Assembly: GCA_963768175.1 (NCBI GenBank)
Contig: CAVYGQ010000001.1
Span: 190,305-254,304 of the forward strand
Length of the DNA: 64,000 nt
Direction: 5' to 3'
DNA from: Candidatus Doudnabacteria bacterium
GTDB lineage: Bacteria > Patescibacteriota > Doudnabacteria > UBA920
Shown here: one piece after another, positions 58,726 to 64,000 of the stretch
Layout of the letters: every line of letters starts with the position of its first letter
Position numbering within the stretch: position 1 is the first letter of the stretch
The notes under the pieces: generated by a model
Told to the model about the DNA's origin: nothing
The model's database searches: none
Seen by the model: only the letters and a program-made list of their open reading frames with translations
Made by a program: the position numbers and the translations under genes

Positions 58726-59526
58726 ATGAAAATTGGCATTTTTGATTCCGGCCTTGGCGGTTTGGTAATCGCCAAGGCTATTTTAAAAAAGCTCCCCGGG
58801 TATGATTACATATACCTTGGCGACACCAAGCGTGTGCCTTACGGAAACCGGCAAAAAAACGAAGTATATAAATTGACACTTGGGGCTGTTAAATACCTTT
58901 TTGAACATGACTGCCAATTGGTTATTTTAGCCTGTAATACCGCCTCGGCTTTGGCTTTGCGAAAAATCCAGCGGAAATTTTTACCCAAATTTTATCCGGA
59001 CAGGCGCGTGCTGGGAGTGGTTATCCCTACTTTGGAAGAAGCCAATAAAAACCATACCAGAAAAATTGTCGGCGTCTTGGGGACCACGGCAACTGTTAGC
59101 TCACACATTTATAAAAAAGAATTGATGAAAATCGACCGTAAAGCCAAAATTTTTGAAATAGCAGCGCCAAAACTGGTCATGTTAATTGAGCAAAATTCTT
59201 TACAAAAAGCCAAAAAAGTCTTAAAATCATACATGAAACCGCTTTTGAAGCACGATATTGAAGCGCTGATTTTGGGTTGTACCCATTATCCGTTGTTAAA
59301 GGACGAAATTGGCAAGCTGGCGGGGAATAAAATAAAGATGGTTTCCCAAACCGATTTTTTGCCAGGAAAGTTGAAAGATTATTTAAAGCGGCACAAAGAA
59401 ATTGATAGCAAACTGTCTAAAAATGGTAAGTGCGAATTTTTGGTTACGGCTTTCAACAAGGATTTTGGCGAAGTAGCAAAGAGGTTATTTGGGAAAAAGT
59501 TGAAGTTTAAAGTTGTTAGTTTGTAG
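58726..59526 (+). CDS. murI: glutamate racemase
   Basis: FDSGLGG, PYG, ACNTAS, LGCTHYP. Confidence 0.97.
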   Translation: MKIGIFDSGLGGLVIAKAILKKLPGYDYIYLGDTKRVPYGNRQKNEVYKLTLGAVKYLFEHDCQLVILACNTASALALRKIQRKFLPKFYPDRRVLGVVIPTLEEANKNHTRKIVGVLGTTATVSSHIYKKELMKIDRKAKIFEIAAPKLVMLIEQNSLQKAKKVLKSYMKPLLKHDIEALILGCTHYPLLKDEIGKLAGNKIKMVSQTDFLPGKLKDYLKRHKEIDSKLSKNGKCEFLVTAFNKDFGEVAKRLFGKKLKFKVVSL

Positions 59527-59573
59527 CGCGCCGATTCATCGGCTGCAGCACATAAATGGGCACGCTACATTAC

Positions 59574-59861
59574 GCCGAGATAGCTCAATCTTGCCCCGCA
59601 CCAATTCCCATAAACTAGACTGCCAATAATGTTATCTTTGCTGCAAAAATTACTTTTTTAAAATTTATGCATTAGGGGAATTGGTGCGGGGGTGAAGCAG
59701 AGCAACGGCTCGGCCCGTTAAATAATTTGCCAAGATAGCTCAATTGGTAGAGCAATGGTATCGTAAACCATAGGTTGTGGGTTCAAGCCCCACTCTTGGC
59801 TCCATATTTAACGGGCTGAATAAACCGCGGGTTGGAGGTTTAGTTCCTCTTCTCGGCTCCA
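59574..59861 (+). pseudogene. interrupted tRNA-like gene (Thr-like body) with D-loop and anticodon-loop insertions
   Basis: Acceptor GCCGAGA/TCTCGGC-T-CCA, D-stem GCTC/GAGC, T-arm GGAGG-TTTAGTT-CCTCT; insertions at ~59590-59696 and ~59710-59820. Confidence 0.7.
59729..59804 (+). tRNA. tRNA-Thr(CGT)
   Basis: 76-nt cloverleaf: GCCAAGA/TCTTGGC, GCTC/GAGC, ATGGT-ATCGTAA-ACCAT, GTGGG-TTCAAGC-CCCAC, encoded CCA. Confidence 0.95.
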
Positions 59862-60030
59862 CCTGCTGCGCCCCTGATAAATCGGGGCTACGCAGTGCAA
59901 GCAGCGCATTTGTGAGGCTTTGCTCGCACTTTCGCAACTTTAGCGAAGAAGTGTCAAGAGCTCCCAAAATCGCCACCCTTGCCAAATCAGCCGTTTTTTG
60001 TTAATCTTATCGCGTTCACATTGAAGAATC

Positions 60031-60324
60031 ATGGATAATCCTGAAAAAGAAAAGGAACAAGAGATTAAGGCTCGCCCTGAACCATCGGAGAGGTACAGGG
60101 CAAGTAAAGCGGCCATTTGGTCTCAGCTAATGGAAATTGGTTTGGATTTTGCCCTTTATCTTGCAATTCCCTTGTTTGCTTTTATTTATGCCGGAAAGTG
60201 GCTGGATGCCAAATACAATCATAAATTTTTCGTCATAATCGGCATCTTTTTAGCTTTAGGTTTAAGCTCCTATCTGATATATAAAAAAGTCAAGTCGGTT
60301 AAGGATTTGATGGATAAAAAATAA
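60031..60324 (+). CDS. AtpZ/AtpI-family protein
   Basis: Two TMs with GKWLD motif, first gene of the atp cluster. Confidence 0.8.
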   Translation: MDNPEKEKEQEIKARPEPSERYRASKAAIWSQLMEIGLDFALYLAIPLFAFIYAGKWLDAKYNHKFFVIIGIFLALGLSSYLIYKKVKSVKDLMDKK

Positions 60325-60334
60325 ATAAGTAGCC

Positions 60335-60434
60335 GGCGTCATCCTGACGCTGAGTGCATCCGAAGCGGAAGGATCTCATCAAAGATTAAAAGATTCTTGG
60401 TCCCTCAGATGCATTCGGGACTCAGAATGACGCC
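60335..60434. repeat. GTCAT...ATGAC palindromic element
   Basis: ggcgtcatcctga..tcagaatgacgcc terminal arms with internal GATCT/GATTC stem. Confidence 0.8.
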
Positions 60435-60445
60435 AGAAGAAAACC

Positions 60446-61306
60446 ATGCTTTCACTTCCACCTTTAGCCGCAGAACCCATATTCCACATCGGAGCTTTCC
60501 CCATCACCAACGCTTACATTAATTCCACGTTGGGCGTATTGGCTTTTGCGGTTTTTGCTTTCTTTTTAAACAAGAGCGCCAAAAAATACTACGCGCAAGG
60601 CGCGCCGCGCGGCATAGTTAATTTTTTTGAATCGTTGTTGGAATTTGTCCTGGGCTATATTGACGGCGTTACCAAAGACCGGCGAAAAACCATAAAATTT
60701 TTGCCGATTGTCGGAGGAATGTTCTTTTTTATTCTATTTTCCAATTGGATAGGGCTGCTTCCGGGTACCGGCAGTTTTGGCATTTTTCGCGGCAGCGAGT
60801 TTTTCCCCATTTTGCGGCCCGCCACCTCGGATCTGAATTTAACTCTGGCCATGGCCGTGTTTGCGGTTGTTACCAGCCATATTTTGGGCATTTTTACCAT
60901 CGGCTTTTTTAAGTACGCCAACAAGTTCATTAAGCTTGGCGACATTTGGCAGGCAATAAAAAGCCTAAGCCCGATTAAAATAATGGTCGCTTGTATTGAA
61001 TTTTTTGTCGGATTTATCGAAATTTTTTCCGAAGCCGCCAAAATGGTTTCTTTGTCTTTGCGGTTATTCGGCAATATTTTTGCCGGCGAAGTCCTGCTGA
61101 CGGTTTTAGCGTCGCTCATTGCCGGCTACGGGGCGTTTTTAATCCCGATCCCGTTTATGCTTTTAGAATTAATAGTAGGGATTGTACAGGCTACGGTTTT
61201 TGCCATGTTAACGCTGGTTTATTTAAGCGTTGCCACGGCAGAAATCCAGGAGCATACCGAAATTGACCATAAAGAAATTGAAGTCAGCGAGGTGGAGACG
61301 ATATAG
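60446..61306 (+). CDS. atpB: ATP synthase F0 subunit a
   Basis: SNWIGLLPG, SLSLRLFGNIFAGE, QATVF. Confidence 0.96.
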   Translation: MLSLPPLAAEPIFHIGAFPITNAYINSTLGVLAFAVFAFFLNKSAKKYYAQGAPRGIVNFFESLLEFVLGYIDGVTKDRRKTIKFLPIVGGMFFFILFSNWIGLLPGTGSFGIFRGSEFFPILRPATSDLNLTLAMAVFAVVTSHILGIFTIGFFKYANKFIKLGDIWQAIKSLSPIKIMVACIEFFVGFIEIFSEAAKMVSLSLRLFGNIFAGEVLLTVLASLIAGYGAFLIPIPFMLLELIVGIVQATVFAMLTLVYLSVATAEIQEHTEIDHKEIEVSEVETI

Positions 61307-61502
61307 CGTTTTAAGGTTTACGGCAGCGCGGCGCGTTTCGGTAAACGTTAAGGGCAGGTGCGGAGCTCCGCACGTCGCCGCCGTACAAACGATACGCGCG
61401 GCGCCGACGATTAACGATTAACAATAAATTATTAACCCTCACAAAAGGCGACATTAAACAATAAATATAAATTGTCGACCAAATGTGAAAGAAGGAAAAA
61501 CT

Positions 61503-61721
61503 ATGGAGACCCAAACAATGACGGTATTGGCCAAAGCCTTCGCAATTGCCGTTGGAGGCTTTGCCCCGGCGCTGGCCATTGGCCGAATTGCAGGCAAAGC
61601 CATGGAGTTTATCGGCAGAAACCCGGAAAGCACGGATAAAATTTTCGTGCCGCTTCTGCTCGGCATGGCTTTTGCCGAAGCTATTGCGATTTACGCTTTG
61701 GTGGTTACGTTTACTTTATAG
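61503..61721 (+). CDS. atpE: ATP synthase F0 subunit c
   Basis: GRNPE loop, FAEAIAIY; ATG 61503 follows AAGGA. Confidence 0.96.
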   Translation: METQTMTVLAKAFAIAVGGFAPALAIGRIAGKAMEFIGRNPESTDKIFVPLLLGMAFAEAIAIYALVVTFTL

Positions 61722-61779
61722 GTTTTAAACCTGATGATGGTCCAAGGACAATCATCAGGATTTACAACTTAACACATTC

Positions 61780-61861
61780 GGCGTCATTCTGAGGCCGAAG
61801 TAGCAAACGAGGCCGAAGAATCTCTTTATTTGAGATCCTTCACTTCGCTCAGGATGACGCC
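61780..61861. repeat. GTCAT...ATGAC palindromic element
   Basis: ggcgtcattctgag..ctcaggatgacgcc. Confidence 0.8.
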
Positions 61862-61867
61862 AAAAAT

Positions 61868-62431
61868 ATGATTCTTGATCTTCACACTTTTATCAATTTT
61901 TTAATTCCCGTCGCCCACGCGCAGGAAACTGCCAGCTCCGGCGGCATTGCTGTTTTAGGCTTAAACGTCAAGTTCTTTATTGCCCAGTTAATCAATTTTG
62001 GCATTTTACTCTTGATTTTTTGGAAGTGGATATTGCCCGGCGTTACCAAAGCAATGCAAGCCCGCACCGAGCGCATCCAAAAATCCCTGGCTGATGCCGA
62101 CCGCATAGAAAAAGAAAAAAAGGAATTTGAGGCTTGGAGACAGACGGAAATGGGCAAAGCCAGGCAGGAAGCTTCGTCGATTGTTACATCGGCACAAACT
62201 GAAGCGGGCAAGGCTAAACAATTGATTATCGACCAAACCAAGCAAGACCAGCAAAAATTGGTAGACCAGGCCAAAGCGCAAATTGAATCGGAAAAAAACA
62301 AGTCTATTTTGGAAGCAAAATCGGAATTGGCGGATTTGGTAACCAACGCTACGGAAAAGATATTAAGAAAAAAATTGGATGCAAAGACAGACCAAGAGCT
62401 CGTTAAAGAATCGTTAGCGAACATAAAATAA
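61868..62431 (+). CDS. atpF: ATP synthase F0 subunit b
   Basis: AQLINFGILL TM followed by a long coiled coil. Confidence 0.93.
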   Translation: MILDLHTFINFLIPVAHAQETASSGGIAVLGLNVKFFIAQLINFGILLLIFWKWILPGVTKAMQARTERIQKSLADADRIEKEKKEFEAWRQTEMGKARQEASSIVTSAQTEAGKAKQLIIDQTKQDQQKLVDQAKAQIESEKNKSILEAKSELADLVTNATEKILRKKLDAKTDQELVKESLANIK

Positions 62432-62437
62432 GTATAG

Positions 62438-62526
62438 TGTCATTGCGAGGAGCCCCGAGTGCATCCGAGGGGCGACGCGGCAATCTTATCAAAGAAAAGA
62501 TTGCTTCGACTGCACTCGCAATGACA
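62438..62526. repeat. GTCAT...ATGAC palindromic element
   Basis: tgtcattgcgag..gcaatct..agattgc..ctcgcaatgaca. Confidence 0.8.
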
Positions 62527-62536
62527 AGGAATCACT

Positions 62537-62929
62537 ATGAAATTAACTTCGCAACAATACGCCCAGGCCCTATTTGAAGCAATCAGCGAGACCGCACCCC
62601 ACGACCACGACAAAGTCCTGGATAATTTTGTAAAAGTTTTGGCGCAAAACGGGGATTTAGGGAAATACGAAGAAATAGACGCCGAATTCCGTAAGTTGAA
62701 GCTGCTATCGCAAGGCATAAAAGAAGCCGAGGTTACCATCGCCAAAGAAGTGGAAATGAATACCGCGTTGATCCACTCACTAAACGAAATAGTCGGAAGT
62801 AAAGTGGAAATAAAGAAACGGATAGACGAATCCATAATCGGCGGTGTAGTAATAAGGGTAGACGACACATTAATAGACGCCAGCGTAAAAAACCAGCTTA
62901 ATAATTTGAATAAGAGTTTAAAGAATTAA
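62537..62929 (+). CDS. atpH: ATP synthase F1 subunit delta (short form)
   Basis: QYAQAL, IDESIIGGVVIRVDDTLIDASV. Confidence 0.9.
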   Translation: MKLTSQQYAQALFEAISETAPHDHDKVLDNFVKVLAQNGDLGKYEEIDAEFRKLKLLSQGIKEAEVTIAKEVEMNTALIHSLNEIVGSKVEIKKRIDESIIGGVVIRVDDTLIDASVKNQLNNLNKSLKN

Positions 62930-63334
62930 ATGAAAAATAAACTTTGGACAGCTAAAATAATTTTTCAGACTTTATTAGTCTTAGCGGTAGTTTCGTCCGT
63001 TATCTTTGATGCATTTTTATTTCGTGGACAAAGTAACGAAGGTATGGCCGGTTTAGCTGACATGATGGTAATTATACCCGAAGCACTTTGCATAATTGTT
63101 CTAGCTTTTGTTACTGCAGTAATAGTTGCAGTGCAAAAAAGATTGCCAAAAAATTCTTCTTTAGCAGATCAGCCTACACAAAAACATAAATATATGATTG
63201 TTTCAATAATTATATCCTTGTTAGCACTTTTTATCCTTTTTCAGTTATTTGTCGCATATGACAGCAGCAAAATTTTTAATCCAAATGACCCAAATCAAAA
63301 TATAATAGTTCGGCACCCAAAAATAGTTAAATAA
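62930..63334 (+). CDS. hypothetical three-TM protein within the atp cluster
   Basis: AT-rich ORF abutting the atpH stop. Confidence 0.65.
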   Translation: MKNKLWTAKIIFQTLLVLAVVSSVIFDAFLFRGQSNEGMAGLADMMVIIPEALCIIVLAFVTAVIVAVQKRLPKNSSLADQPTQKHKYMIVSIIISLLALFILFQLFVAYDSSKIFNPNDPNQNIIVRHPKIVK

Positions 63335-63426
63335 TTTCAATATTCCCATTTGTTAACATTAAACTTATATGGCCTCAACAAATATTGTAGAACAACTGAC
63401 AAACTAATAATTAAAATTAATTTAGC

Positions 63427-63544
63427 TGTCATCCCAGAATTTTTCAGCCTAAGGACAATCGTGGTCTGAAAAATATCCGGGATCCAGACCTAGAAATCAG
63501 ATTCCGGATAAATTTAATAGCAATATAAATTTTCCGGAATGACA
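63427..63544. repeat. GTCAT...ATGAC palindromic element
   Basis: tgtcatccc..gggatcc..gattccgga..tccggaatgaca. Confidence 0.75.
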
Positions 63545-63597
63545 AAGGAAATACATGGCACAAACTAATATAGTCGAACAACCAACTTAAACAATAA

Positions 63598-63993
63598 ATG
63601 GATACGCAGCAAAACAATTCAACGCGATTGTTGGAGATACCTATCCTAGTGACAGTGGCGCTCACCGAAACATTTATATTAAGCATTTTTATTATAATGT
63701 TTATAGGGCGCCTGTTCCCTAATCCCGAATTACAAGGATGGAATGGCGTCCAATATATACCAATATTATTTCTATTGTCAATCTGTTCAATTGTCGGAAT
63801 TTTAGTTTCAATTATTTTAATTTCAACAAGTGCTCTAAAGAAACGAAAACTTCTTGCAGATAATGAGGACATCCTCCCAATCAATAACGGTTCATTCAAA
63901 AAATTTCTGGTAACAATTTTAAAATCCCTCGCTTTTCTCATTTTTCTTTCTATTTTATTTTTTATACTAATAATAAATTTTAGTCCAAATTAA
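63598..63993 (+). CDS. hypothetical three-TM protein
   Basis: AT-rich hydrophobic ORF. Confidence 0.6.
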   Translation: MDTQQNNSTRLLEIPILVTVALTETFILSIFIIMFIGRLFPNPELQGWNGVQYIPILFLLSICSIVGILVSIILISTSALKKRKLLADNEDILPINNGSFKKFLVTILKSLAFLIFLSILFFILIINFSPN

Positions 63994-64000
63994 TGTATGC

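Noticed and set aside
59740-60004. ORFs overlapping the tRNA locus
   Set aside because: Shadow frames of the tRNA and hairpins.
1-64000. CRISPR array, rRNA or prophage
   Set aside because: No regularly spaced direct repeats, rRNA signatures or phage hallmark genes seen.

Overview
Housekeeping-dense, mostly plus-strand window from what appears to be a Patescibacteria (CPR) chromosome. This assignment is inferred from gene content, few SD sequences and typical palindromic repeats. It carries rpsI, a pilin, a two-component pair, rnpB, a glycosyltransferase/mur cluster, secA/secD/secF, pepN, a VirB4/TraD-like ATPase pair, a frameshifted ~2,090-aa modular beta-helix surface protein, murD/ftsW/murJ, lepA, tRNA-Thr and the start of the atp operon. 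Four observations stand out. (1) An aromatic-amino-acid sensing module at 15.4-17.5 kb has trpR, two TrpR-type operators, a WW leader-peptide attenuator and a second FWFYF leader-peptide attenuator, but it controls only small unknown ORFs rather than biosynthetic genes. (2) A complete tRNA-Thr(CGT) is nested inside the anticodon-loop insertion of a second, doubly interrupted tRNA-like gene. (3) A GxxExxY PD-(D/E)xK nuclease bracketed by complementary arms is inserted in frame in LepA. (4) Several families of palindromic elements abut start codons or sit inside rnpB, tRNA and protein loops. All calls were made by eye, with no database searches.
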